Virus record (IMG/VR): IMGVR_UViG_3300014494_000003
Origin: a virus
Length of the DNA stretch: 45,855 bases
Direction: 5' to 3' (one strand)
Shown piece after piece: positions 30,732 through 39,871 of the stretch (the stretch's first letter is position 1; each line of letters begins with the position of its first letter). A model generated the notes under the pieces. The model was given only the letters and a program-made list of their open reading frames with translations, was not told where the DNA came from and did no database searches. The translations under genes were made by a program, and so were the position numbers.

Positions 30732-31245
30732 GTTGGTCGAGAGGCACCTGCACCTGGCCAGGGCCGTTGCTTCGGCTCTGGTGAGCAGGCTGCCGTCCAA
30801 CGTGGATATCAGGGAAGACCTGGAGGCTGAGGCCTCTTTGCAGTTGATTGCAGGCGTGGAACGGTACGACCCGCGCCGGGGGGTTCCCATCGACCTCTGG
30901 CTGACGCGGTTTCTGATGTGGCGTACCAGGGAAATGTTCCGGCGGCGGAACCTGCGCGAGGCGAAGGCGGACCAGTTACTCGATACCTACGACCGCGCCG
31001 ACCCCGCGACGCAGGAGAGGGACGTTGACCACGCCCGGGTGCGGGCCAAAGTGCGGGCCCGGATCAACGAGCTGCCTGAACGCAGCCGCAAGGTGATCGA
31101 GATGCGCTACGACCACGGGCACCGGCTGAAGCAGATCGGCAAAGACCTCAAGGTGAGCGAGAGCCGAACCTCACAGATCCACACGGAGGTGATGGCCGAA
31201 CTGCGCGCCGATTGGAGGATGCAGGAGCTGAGGCGTGCTGCGTGA
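30709..31245 (+). CDS. Sigma-70 family protein (regions 2 and 4; ECF/FliA-like size)
   Basis: Region 2 is DLEAEASLQLIAGVERYDPRRGVPIDLWLTRFLMWRTREMFRR. Region 4 is LPERSRKVIEMRYDHGHRLKQIGKDLKVSESRTSQIHTEVMAELR. The GTG 30709 start is inferred. Confidence 0.7.
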   Translation: MEIQARNELVERHLHLARAVASALVSRLPSNVDIREDLEAEASLQLIAGVERYDPRRGVPIDLWLTRFLMWRTREMFRRRNLREAKADQLLDTYDRADPATQERDVDHARVRAKVRARINELPERSRKVIEMRYDHGHRLKQIGKDLKVSESRTSQIHTEVMAELRADWRMQELRRAA

Positions 31246-32996
31246 CGTATGAGGGTCAGTACCTGACTGACTATGACGCGGCGTGGAACACGCACGCGAA
31301 GTGGTGCCGGCAGTGCCTCACCATCCGCAATAAGCGCGGCGTGCCCGTGCCGATGTCGCTCGGCCCGGCGCAACGCCGGCTGAGCGATAAGATCCGCGAG
31401 CTGCGCGCAGCGGGGCGGCCGGTGCGCATCGTCTACCTCAAGGCCCGGCAGGTCTGGGTCTCCACCGGATTCGCCGCAGAGGTCATGCACGAGGTGCCCT
31501 TCGCGCCTGGGCAGCGCGCGCTGGTGGTCGCGCACGATGAGGACAGCGCCACCAACATTTTCGGCTACTACAAACAGTTCCATCAGGCGTTCAAGCCTTT
31601 CGCCAGGGGGCTGCCTCCGCAAGCGCGGTTCAGCGAAGAGGGGCTGATCGAGTACGTCAACGGCAGCCGCATCGAGGTGGCCACGGCGGGCACGACGACG
31701 GTAGGCCGCTCGAAGTCGCTGCGCTTCCTGCACCTGAGCGAGTTCGCCTTCTGGCCGAATCCCAAGGTGCTGATGGATGGGCTGATGCAGTCCGTCCCCG
31801 ACGATCCCGACACGATGGTGGTGGTCGAGAGCACCGCCAACGGCATGGGCGGCGAGTTCTACCAGCTCTGGCAGCGCGCGATGGATCCGGCTGTCGAGAC
31901 CGAATGGGTGCCGCTGTTCTTCGCCTGGTGGGAACACCCGGAGTACTCGCGCGATCTGGAGTGCTCGCGCCGCGAGTTCCAGGAGTCGCTCGACGCCGAG
32001 GAGCAAACGCTGATGCGCGTGCATCAGGTGACGTTCGAGCAGCTCGCCTGGAGGCGCTGGAAGATCGCCAACGACCTGGGCGGCAGCGTCGAGTCGTTCC
32101 ATCAGGAGTTCCCTTCCACACCCGACGAAGCCTTCATCGCGTCGGGCCGGCCGCGCTTCAGCCAGCCGCACCTGTCGCGGATGCCGGTCCGGGACGGGAT
32201 GCGCTGCAACCTCGAGCTCGACCAGGACAGCGGGCGCGAGACCGTAGCGGTTGTGGCCGACGAGCACGGCATCCTCACCGTCTTCAAGCGCCCGGCGGAG
32301 CGGCATCGCTACTCGATTGGCGTGGATGTGTGCGAGGGCGTGGATGTGAACGCGATCGCGGGGCGCAGCCAGATCGGTGGGGAGAATCCGGACTTCTCCG
32401 TGTCGTGCGTCTTGGACATTGAGACGTGCGAGCAAGTCGCGCTGATGCGCTGGCGGTTGCAGCCTTCGGCCTGGGCGCGGATGAATTACCTGCTGGGGCG
32501 CTGGTACAACTGGGCGTACAGCACGCCGGAAGCCAACGGGCCGGGGATCGCCTTCCTGGAGGAGCTGCTGCGCCTCGGCTATCCACCCGGCAAGATCTAT
32601 CACCGCGAGCCCGACCCGAGCGAGCGCTACAGCACCGAGGCCTCGAACACCCTCGACAAACTCGGCTGGAAGACGACGACGGTCACCCGGCCGCAGCTCA
32701 TCAGCAAACTGGACCGCGCCATTCGCGACATGTCGCTGCAGATCTACGACGCGGTGACGCTGAGCGAGTGCCGCAGCTTCGTCATCAAAGCCTCGGGCAA
32801 GGCGGAACACGCCAACGGCTGCCACGACGATACCGTCATCGCGACGGCGCTGGCGCTGGTGGGCCTGGAGGCGGCGCCGCAGAGTGCGGACATTCGCGCG
32901 CAGCGCAAATCAGTCGAGCAGCTCGCCGGCCTCGGCGGTGTGCGTCGGTACGGCCAACGCCGATCAGAGGGTAGAGGTGCATTGATACGGCTTTGA
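31242..32996 (+). CDS. terL: Terminase large subunit
   Basis: GTG 31242 is in a GTGA overlap with the sigma gene. It has the Walker-A-like YLKARQVWVSTG, then ...VVVESTANGMGGEFY..., and a nuclease-half motif CHDDTVIA. Confidence 0.85.
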   Translation: MTYEGQYLTDYDAAWNTHAKWCRQCLTIRNKRGVPVPMSLGPAQRRLSDKIRELRAAGRPVRIVYLKARQVWVSTGFAAEVMHEVPFAPGQRALVVAHDEDSATNIFGYYKQFHQAFKPFARGLPPQARFSEEGLIEYVNGSRIEVATAGTTTVGRSKSLRFLHLSEFAFWPNPKVLMDGLMQSVPDDPDTMVVVESTANGMGGEFYQLWQRAMDPAVETEWVPLFFAWWEHPEYSRDLECSRREFQESLDAEEQTLMRVHQVTFEQLAWRRWKIANDLGGSVESFHQEFPSTPDEAFIASGRPRFSQPHLSRMPVRDGMRCNLELDQDSGRETVAVVADEHGILTVFKRPAERHRYSIGVDVCEGVDVNAIAGRSQIGGENPDFSVSCVLDIETCEQVALMRWRLQPSAWARMNYLLGRWYNWAYSTPEANGPGIAFLEELLRLGYPPGKIYHREPDPSERYSTEASNTLDKLGWKTTTVTRPQLISKLDRAIRDMSLQIYDAVTLSECRSFVIKASGKAEHANGCHDDTVIATALALVGLEAAPQSADIRAQRKSVEQLAGLGGVRRYGQRRSEGRGALIRL

Positions 32997-33538
32997 ATGT
33001 CCTGTGCAGAGGCGTGGCGCTGGCGAACGGGCAACACGATTGTGTGGTCTGCCATGGCGAGGGCTGGATCACGTGGGTGCGCCAGCCGCACGCCTGCAAT
33101 TGCGTCTACCGCGCCGTGTTCCGGCTGTGCCTGGAGCGGCATCACCGGATGCGCTACGAGTTCAACGCCTGCCGGCCTTCGGTGAGCAAGCTGCGGCGCG
33201 GCGGCCTGGTGGCCGGCTACCCGAGCGTGGAGTACATGGCTGACTTCGAACTGCTCTGCCGGCGCGTCCTCGATCCGTGGCACCGGAAGTTGTGGCGGCT
33301 GTTCCACATGCAGGAGCGGGAGTTCACCGACTGCCTGCTGCCGCTGCGGACGAACCGGGGCGCGTTCTTCCACGGCGTTTACCGCGTCGAGGAGCGTGTG
33401 GGGCGGGCGGCGATTGAGATGGAACCGTACCCGCTTTACCCCTTCTCCGCCTACTTCGGGGGCACCGCGGTCGTGTTGATCCGCTCGCCAAAGGCGGAGG
33501 GCCGGTCCGTGTCCCACATTCAGGCGTTGGCCGCTTGA
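32993..33538 (+). CDS. Cys-rich protein with a DnaJ-type CxxCxGxG motif
   Basis: It contains CVVCHGEGWITW. The TTG 32993 start overlaps the TerL stop; GTG 33014 is an alternative. Confidence 0.45.
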   Translation: MNVLCRGVALANGQHDCVVCHGEGWITWVRQPHACNCVYRAVFRLCLERHHRMRYEFNACRPSVSKLRRGGLVAGYPSVEYMADFELLCRRVLDPWHRKLWRLFHMQEREFTDCLLPLRTNRGAFFHGVYRVEERVGRAAIEMEPYPLYPFSAYFGGTAVVLIRSPKAEGRSVSHIQALAA

Positions 33539-33570
33539 CGGGCTGACGCCGATCAAAGGGTAGGCGGGAC

Positions 33571-33960
33571 ATGGCGAAAACGAAGCCGGGAGTTGGATTG
33601 GGCGCGCTGGTCGACGAACTGGGGGCGCTGGAGCCCAAGGTTGCGGCGATTCGACCGCTGCAGAAACGCGCGGACGCGATCCGCGCGGAGCTGAAGTCCA
33701 CCTGCAGGAACCCGAAGAAGGGCGCGCGGTTCAGTGGCGAGAAGTACACCGCCGAGATCACGGAGCAGGAGGAGCGCAGAGAGATCCTCTCGGCCGAGGC
33801 GGTCTACAAGGCGCTGGGGCATGCCCGCTTTCTCGACCTGGCGGTGATCCCCGTGGGCGCCCTGGAAGAGGCGCTGCCGCTTCAGAAGTTCGAGCCGCTG
33901 GTCAAGCTGCGCCACTGCGGCCCTCGCAAAGTCACGATTCGACCGATCACGGAGGCTTAA
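33571..33960 (+). CDS. Hypothetical protein, 129 aa
   Basis: The frame is clean with G/C-rich third positions. Confidence 0.5.
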   Translation: MAKTKPGVGLGALVDELGALEPKVAAIRPLQKRADAIRAELKSTCRNPKKGARFSGEKYTAEITEQEERREILSAEAVYKALGHARFLDLAVIPVGALEEALPLQKFEPLVKLRHCGPRKVTIRPITEA

Positions 33961-34145
33961 TGCAGAACGTTTCTCGGAACTGGAAGACCACGCTCAGCGG
34001 CATCCTCACGATCCTGCTGGGCGCGTTCGCGATCTACACGGACCATTCAAAGGCCGCCGACCCGACGACCATGAGCATGATCGTCGGCGGCGTGGGCCTG
34101 ATTCTCGCCAAGGACGCCAGCGTCGCGGGCGTCGCAACGAACTGA
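33960..34145 (+). CDS. Two-TM small membrane protein, 61 aa (holin-like candidate)
   Basis: The start is in a TAATG overlap. The hydrophobic segments are NWKTTLSGILTILLGAFAIY and MSMIVGGVGLILA. Confidence 0.5.
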   Translation: MQNVSRNWKTTLSGILTILLGAFAIYTDHSKAADPTTMSMIVGGVGLILAKDASVAGVATN

Positions 34146-34146
34146 C

Positions 34147-36441
34147 ATGCTCCCGGGCCAGCCGCCGCAGCTTCCGATTCCGCCTGCGCAGTCGCCGCAG
34201 CCACCCTTGCCGCCGCCGGATCTCCCGCCGCCGCCGGCAAGGGTTCCTCGCAAGGCCTACGCGCCGCAGATCGAGCTGCCCGACCACGAGCTGCAACGCC
34301 TGGCCAACCGGATCGAGGAAGGCTTCGAGGCGGCGCAGGTGGACCACACCGAGCGGATGGCGCGCTTCACTCGCGCCTATGCGCGCTGGCGCAACCGCGC
34401 CGAGCCCGCGGAAGCGGGCAAGGAAGACAAGGCGAATTTCCGCGTCCCGATGACGCAGTGGCAGACCTACATCAAGTGGGCCAAGGAGCTGGAGGCCATG
34501 TTCGGCGACGACGCCGAGATCGTGGCCGAGCCGGTCGGCCCGAGCGATCACCGCAGCGCCGAGAAGGTCGAGGCCTTCGTCAATTGGCGGGTCTTCAACT
34601 CGATGCAGTTCGTCTCGCCGATGGCGGTGTTCAGCTTCCGCAAGATCCTCTTCGGACGCGCTCACGCGCTGCTGGAGTGGGACCGGCGGACGTTTCGCGT
34701 GCCGATGGAAGACGGGGGCTGGGAAGACCAGGTCTGCTACGACGGCCAGGTGTTCAAGCCGCTCTGGCCCGACGACCTGGTGGTGCCAGGCGAGGACGCC
34801 GAGACGATTCAAGACTTCTCGTGGGTGATCCGCAAGTTCGACGCCACGCCCGACGACCTTCTGCACGGCGAGGATGATGGCACCTACGCCAACATCAGCG
34901 ACAACCTGGATCAGATTCTCGCCTGGAGCGAGCAGCGGCAGCGGCGCACCTACGACGACCCGATGAAGCGCGAGGCCGACGAAGCCGAGGGCGTGGTGCG
35001 CGAGGGCAGCATGAGCGCGGCGAACACGCTGCGCGTGTGGGCCTGGTACGGGCGCTGGAGGCGACTGAAGGGCCGCAAGAGCGCGCGGCCGGAGAACGCC
35101 AAGGGGCGCGAACGCTATGAGAGCGATCTGCTGGTGTACTACCTGCCAGATTTGCGGCTGGTGGTCGGATGCCAGGACCTGGCAGAGATGTTCCCGACGT
35201 CGCCGGACCGGCGTCCGATTGTTGAGGCGGCGCTGGTGCATGACGGTAGCTACTGGTCGCCCGGGTTCTTCGAGCTGCTGGAATTGGTCGAAAACGAGCT
35301 CACTGTGGCCCACAACCTGGGCTCGCAGGCTGGGCAGTTTTCCGTGGGCCCGATCATTTTCTACGATCCGGCCAGCGGCTTCGATCCCGACAGCTTCGTG
35401 TATGAGCCGTTCGTCAGCGTGCCCGTCAAGAATCCTGCGGGCATCAACATCGTGCAGCCGAAGGCCGATCTGACTTACCCCATTACCGTAGGGCAGCAAG
35501 TTCAGGCCATCGGCGAGCGGTTGACCGGCCTGGATGATTCCAACGTGGGCCGCAGCTCCGACCGACCGAACGCGCCGCGCACCGCGCGGCAGTTCATCGG
35601 CCTCCTGGAGCAGGGCAACATTCGCGCGTCGCTCGACACGCGCATGATGCGCGAGGATACCGCCCTCATACTCCGGCGGATCTGGGCGCTTGAGCAGATG
35701 TATGGTTCGGCGCGGGTGTTTTTCCGCGTCACCGAGGAGGACGCCAAGGGGCTGTTCGAGACCAGCCAGGGCGGCGCCTGGATGACGAGCGAGGAGCGCG
35801 GCGGCCGCTATGACTTCAAGCTGAATTTCGCCACGTCGGTCTGGTCGCGCGAAGCGCAGAAAGAGCGCCAGATGACGCTCTACCAACTCGACCTTCAGAA
35901 CCCGCTGGTGGTGCAGAATCCGCGGGCGCTGTGGAAGGTTACCTCCCAGGTTCACAAGGCGCTGGGCGATCCGAACTTCGCCGACCTGGTGCCGGAGCCG
36001 CCCGACATGGGCGGCCCGAAGACGCCGCAAGAGGAGTGGACCTTGATGCAGGAGGGCCAGGACGTCACGATCCGGCCCGAGGACCACGACGACCTACACC
36101 TGCTGATCCATTTCAAGCAGTTGGCCCAAGAGCAAGCTGGGACCGACCCGGACGTGGGCGCGATCCAGATGCTGAAGCAGCACATCACGGATCACCAGCG
36201 GCAGCGGCAGGAAAAGAAGCTCATGGGCGCGCTGGCCAGCGCACTCACCACGCAGATCGCGGGGGCGCAGCGGCCAGGGATGCCGATGCAGCCGGGCGCT
36301 GCCGGCGCGCCAGGCATGGACGGCTTGCAGCAGTTCCTGGGTCAGATGTCGGCAGCCGGGCAGCCACCGCAGAACGTAGCGCCGCCGCAACAGCCGGCGG
36401 CAGAAACCGGAGAAACACCGAACGATGAAGCAGGCCTATGA
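34147..36441 (+). CDS. Portal protein (candidate), 764 aa
   Basis: This large acidic protein follows TerL and precedes the scaffold and capsid genes. It has Pro-rich N- and C-terminal extensions. Assignment is by position and size. Confidence 0.6.
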   Translation: MLPGQPPQLPIPPAQSPQPPLPPPDLPPPPARVPRKAYAPQIELPDHELQRLANRIEEGFEAAQVDHTERMARFTRAYARWRNRAEPAEAGKEDKANFRVPMTQWQTYIKWAKELEAMFGDDAEIVAEPVGPSDHRSAEKVEAFVNWRVFNSMQFVSPMAVFSFRKILFGRAHALLEWDRRTFRVPMEDGGWEDQVCYDGQVFKPLWPDDLVVPGEDAETIQDFSWVIRKFDATPDDLLHGEDDGTYANISDNLDQILAWSEQRQRRTYDDPMKREADEAEGVVREGSMSAANTLRVWAWYGRWRRLKGRKSARPENAKGRERYESDLLVYYLPDLRLVVGCQDLAEMFPTSPDRRPIVEAALVHDGSYWSPGFFELLELVENELTVAHNLGSQAGQFSVGPIIFYDPASGFDPDSFVYEPFVSVPVKNPAGINIVQPKADLTYPITVGQQVQAIGERLTGLDDSNVGRSSDRPNAPRTARQFIGLLEQGNIRASLDTRMMREDTALILRRIWALEQMYGSARVFFRVTEEDAKGLFETSQGGAWMTSEERGGRYDFKLNFATSVWSREAQKERQMTLYQLDLQNPLVVQNPRALWKVTSQVHKALGDPNFADLVPEPPDMGGPKTPQEEWTLMQEGQDVTIRPEDHDDLHLLIHFKQLAQEQAGTDPDVGAIQMLKQHITDHQRQRQEKKLMGALASALTTQIAGAQRPGMPMQPGAAGAPGMDGLQQFLGQMSAAGQPPQNVAPPQQPAAETGETPNDEAGL

Positions 36442-36949
36442 TCCGATCACTGTACTGAACCTTTTCCCGACCTACGCCACGCAGGAAGACTACACGCGGG
36501 CGACGGGAAAGCCGTGTCCTCCCTGGACGCTCGACAAGCACCCGAAGTACTGGTTCGATCCCAAGCCGAAGAAGATGACCACCGGGCCGGATGGGACGGC
36601 GTACACCATGTACACCAACAGCTTTCTGGGCAGCTTCGACCCCGACACGCAGGCGCCGATTTTCGAGTCGCTGATGCTGAGCCTCACCGAGGCGGCCACG
36701 GTCAACATTCCCCCCACCGGGACAGGCGAGACGAACGTGCCCGGCGCCGATGCCAACCCCGTCCAGTGCCCATCGAAGGCCCTCACCGCCAACCAGCAGA
36801 TTGTGCGCTACGGCGTGTTGCAGATCCCCGCTGTCCGAAACCTGGACGTGCCGCTCCCCAGCGACGACGCAAGCAACTTCACCAACGCCGACCGGGCGCT
36901 GCTGGTGGGCATCGCCAACAAATTGCAGGTGCAACATTGCGAGCCGTAG
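36425..36949 (+). CDS. Hypothetical head-module protein, 174 aa
   Basis: The ATG overlaps the portal 3' end by 17 nt. Confidence 0.5.
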   Translation: MKQAYDPITVLNLFPTYATQEDYTRATGKPCPPWTLDKHPKYWFDPKPKKMTTGPDGTAYTMYTNSFLGSFDPDTQAPIFESLMLSLTEAATVNIPPTGTGETNVPGADANPVQCPSKALTANQQIVRYGVLQIPAVRNLDVPLPSDDASNFTNADRALLVGIANKLQVQHCEP

Positions 36950-36987
36950 GCGATCTTCCGAAGCTCCACAGCACCGGGCGCGAGTAC

Positions 36988-37248
36988 ATGCCGCCGCCCC
37001 TGCCGCGATCCAGGATGCGGTTCGTCGGCAAGCGCAAGAGCGTTCTCGAAGAAATCGGCGAGCTCGAGCCGGAACGCCTGGCGGGCTTGCTGCGCGCCTA
37101 CCCGGTGGACATGCACGAACTCAAGCGGCTGTTCGTGCAGTGGGCCACGGCGCATGACAAGGGCCGCTGGCCGTACTGGCTGGAGGCCTGGCTCGACTTT
37201 CGCACCGAGGCGCTGACGCCGGCCGTGCTGAAGGACATCTGCGCGTGA
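36988..37248 (+). CDS. Hypothetical protein, about 86 aa (start uncertain)
   Basis: It starts at an internal ATG of listed ORF 36514..37248. The upstream part of that ORF is a shadow of 36425..36949. Confidence 0.45.
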   Translation: MPPPLPRSRMRFVGKRKSVLEEIGELEPERLAGLLRAYPVDMHELKRLFVQWATAHDKGRWPYWLEAWLDFRTEALTPAVLKDICA

Positions 37249-37508
37249 AGATCGCGACGCACGCCGAGACTCCCCTTGATGGGGTGGACCGCGAGCACCT
37301 GGAGCAGACGCTCCGGACCCGCGGGTGGCAGATCATCGAGCGGCGACTCGTGGCCATGCTGCAACGCGAAAGCGGACGTTGCGAATCGACCGACGATGAG
37401 TTGTCAATCCGGCGGGCGCAAGGCGCCGTTGCGGCGGTTCGCGAAGTACTCGCCCTGCCGGCGGGCATCCTGCGCGAGATCAATGAGCGGCAGCGGAGGA
37501 GGGGCTGA
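37245..37508 (+). CDS. Hypothetical protein, 87 aa
   Basis: The start is in a GTGA overlap. Confidence 0.5.
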   Translation: MKIATHAETPLDGVDREHLEQTLRTRGWQIIERRLVAMLQRESGRCESTDDELSIRRAQGAVAAVREVLALPAGILREINERQRRRG

Positions 37509-37834
37509 TGCTGAGGATCAAAGCGGGGGCGACTGGCGCGCGGTTGAGCGGCTTGCGCGTTGAGATCCTGGCCGCGCTCATGGTCGCCGTCTCTGTCTAC
37601 GACAGCGCCAAATGCGACCTGCTGCTGACCTGTGGGACGGATTCGAAGCACATGGCGACCAGCCTCCACTATGTCGGCCTGGCGATTGACATTGCTCTGC
37701 CTAACGCCGTGCCGGTGGAGGTCTCCGCCATCAAGCAGGCGCTGGAGTGGGCGCTGGGCGACGACTACGACCTGGTGGTGGAAGAGGACCACTGGCACAT
37801 CGAATTTCAGCCGAAACGCGGCGTGAATTTATGA
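37508..37834 (+). CDS. Peptidase M15-like (VanY / L-Ala-D-Glu peptidase type) cell-wall hydrolase, 108 aa
   Basis: SLHYVGLAIDIAL provides HxxGxAxD, and VVEEDHWHIEF provides the second metal-binding motif. Confidence 0.55.
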   Translation: MLRIKAGATGARLSGLRVEILAALMVAVSVYDSAKCDLLLTCGTDSKHMATSLHYVGLAIDIALPNAVPVEVSAIKQALEWALGDDYDLVVEEDHWHIEFQPKRGVNL

Positions 37835-38184
37835 GGGGGCTGGTGGCGGCCATCCTGCGCCTGCCGCACCGCTGCCGGTTCTGCGGCAAGTTCTACCCCA
37901 TTGAGGAGTTCGTTGGGGGCGGCCCGTCGACCGGCTACTGCCTGCGCTGCTATGGCGACCTGGCCGTCAAAATCGCCCTGCTGCGGGGGATTCGAGGCTG
38001 CCAGGAGTGCGGGGCCAGCTTCGAGCTGCTAACCGCTCGGGCGGCTGGTGCCGATGTACGGATGCGGATGTACGCCAAAGACGGCGTTTGGCAGCTCCTC
38101 TGCGGCGCCTGCGGCGATTCCTACGAGCGAAAGCGCTTGGACATGTTCGGTTCGACTCCGTACCAGCTTGAACGCGATGCGTGA
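37831..38184 (+). CDS. Zinc-ribbon protein, 117 aa, four CxxC pairs
   Basis: The start is in an ATGA overlap. The pairs are CRFCG, CLRCY, CQECG and CGACG. Confidence 0.5.
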   Translation: MRGLVAAILRLPHRCRFCGKFYPIEEFVGGGPSTGYCLRCYGDLAVKIALLRGIRGCQECGASFELLTARAAGADVRMRMYAKDGVWQLLCGACGDSYERKRLDMFGSTPYQLERDA

Positions 38185-39119
38185 ATATGCCTTCTGAAGT
38201 CGAGGAGTTGGTCCCAGCAGCAGACGAGATCGAGGGCGGGCAGCCTGCGGCTGACGATCCCTCACTGAACCCGCTTGACGACCGGATCACCGCCGATGGT
38301 GATCCCGCGCCACGCAAGGAAGCCACTCCACCCCCAGGACCGGACAAGGAAGTTCGGCGGCTCGAGAAGCAGCTCGCCCGGGAACGCACCGCCCGGCGGG
38401 ACGCGGAAACGAACGCGCGGACGTGGTACGACCGCCTAACAGCGGCTCAGAGCACAGGGAAGCCGGCCGCCGAAAAGGTGGATCCGGAACTGGCGAAGGA
38501 AGAGGATCTCGTCGACGCGATCCAGAGCGGCGACAAGGGGCGCATTCGCACGGCGCTGAAGCAGGTTGGCCTGGCCACCGTCGATGATGTGGAGACGCAC
38601 ATCTCGCGCGGCGTCGAGGCCAAGATGGCGACGGTGACGCGGGACGCGGGGATCTACGACCGTTTCCCTGACATGCGCGACACCAAGAGCGAGCTTTTCC
38701 GCACCGCGCAGCAGATCTACGCCAGGCGCATGGACGCCGATCCGCACGCCAGGACCAACCCGTTTTTCATGGAGGACTGCACCAACGCCGCGGCGATGGA
38801 GCTGGGAGTTGCGCCGAAGCGGGCGGGCGCACGCCTGCCGAAGTACGACGGCGTGCTGCCCGAGGGTGACGACGACGAAGAAAACGACGAGCCCGAGCTG
38901 GTGGGGCGCGGGAAGGGCGAGGAGCCCGAACAGGAGCGCGCCGACCGCATCAAGAGCCAGGCGGCCGGATCGGGACGCGCCAGAGGGCCGGCACGAACCG
39001 GCAGCGACGACCGTCTGAGCTCGCAGCAGCGCGAAATCGCGCGCAAGTTCGGGCTGACCGAGGCCGAATACGCGAAGCACGCCAGGCAAGGCGTGCGGAT
39101 GGCCGGGCGGCCGAGGTAA
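38181..39119 (+). CDS. Scaffolding-like protein (acidic, helical)
   Basis: The start is in a GTGA overlap; ATG 38187 is an alternative. The sequence is Glu/Asp/Arg-rich and coiled-coil-like, two genes upstream of the capsid gene. Confidence 0.45.
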   Translation: MNMPSEVEELVPAADEIEGGQPAADDPSLNPLDDRITADGDPAPRKEATPPPGPDKEVRRLEKQLARERTARRDAETNARTWYDRLTAAQSTGKPAAEKVDPELAKEEDLVDAIQSGDKGRIRTALKQVGLATVDDVETHISRGVEAKMATVTRDAGIYDRFPDMRDTKSELFRTAQQIYARRMDADPHARTNPFFMEDCTNAAAMELGVAPKRAGARLPKYDGVLPEGDDDEENDEPELVGRGKGEEPEQERADRIKSQAAGSGRARGPARTGSDDRLSSQQREIARKFGLTEAEYAKHARQGVRMAGRPR

Positions 39120-39121
39120 CG

Positions 39122-39820
39122 ATGGCAACCACCAAAAAGTCACATCACGGCAAGCCTGCGGGGGCGGGTTCGTTTGTTTCCCCTTCCCCCGCCGCTTCCT
39201 TGACGATCAACGGCAAGCCGATCCCTGCGGAGTTTGCGCACGCGATCGCGTTCCAGTACACGGACCAGGGCATCGAAGAGGCCAACCGTGGGCGCGTCCT
39301 GGAGAAGGGCGCGGGCGTGACGGTGATCCGCGCCGAGGGCTTCGACGCTGACATGGAGCACCGGCGCGACGCCGGCGACGGCAAGATCGACATTTTCACC
39401 GCCCCCGATCCGCTGAAAGAAGCGATCGACAAAGTGCGGGAACCGGGCTTCAAGTACAAAGCACTGAGCCCGAAAGTCATCGAACGGCGTGGGCTGCGGG
39501 GCTTCGAGGTCTGCAGGGACCCGAAGACCGGCCAGGCCGTGACGATGGCGAACATGGTGGTGGGGCGGATGCCGAACGCAGTCGCGGACCAGCGCAACAA
39601 GCACTACCGCGACATCGGCAATTCGGCCCTGGCGGAGTCCGAAAGGCATTTCAAAGCGCAGCAGGAACAGTTGATTCAAGCCCGTGGCGGTGTGGGACTC
39701 AGTGTCCTCAGCCCCGGCGAATCACTGCACGGCGCGGACCTGGGCGGCCAGGATCGCGACGTCACCGTTGGTCTGCGTTCTCAGCGTGGCAACAGCCACT
39801 TCATCGAAGAAGCGGCGTAA
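39122..39820 (+). CDS. Hypothetical head-morphogenesis protein, 232 aa
   Basis: Assignment is by position between the scaffold-like and decoration-like genes. Confidence 0.45.
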   Translation: MATTKKSHHGKPAGAGSFVSPSPAASLTINGKPIPAEFAHAIAFQYTDQGIEEANRGRVLEKGAGVTVIRAEGFDADMEHRRDAGDGKIDIFTAPDPLKEAIDKVREPGFKYKALSPKVIERRGLRGFEVCRDPKTGQAVTMANMVVGRMPNAVADQRNKHYRDIGNSALAESERHFKAQQEQLIQARGGVGLSVLSPGESLHGADLGGQDRDVTVGLRSQRGNSHFIEEAA

Positions 39821-39871
39821 GCCGCAGCTCCGATTCCAGCCGCAGCGAAATCAGACAGAAGGAGTGTGTCT

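Noticed and set aside
32997-33185. A 62-aa ORF starting at the first ATG after the TerL stop.
   Set aside because: It is Trp/Arg-rich shadow sequence. The overlapping TTG/GTG-initiated frame (32993..33538) carries the G/C-ending codon signal and the Cys motifs.
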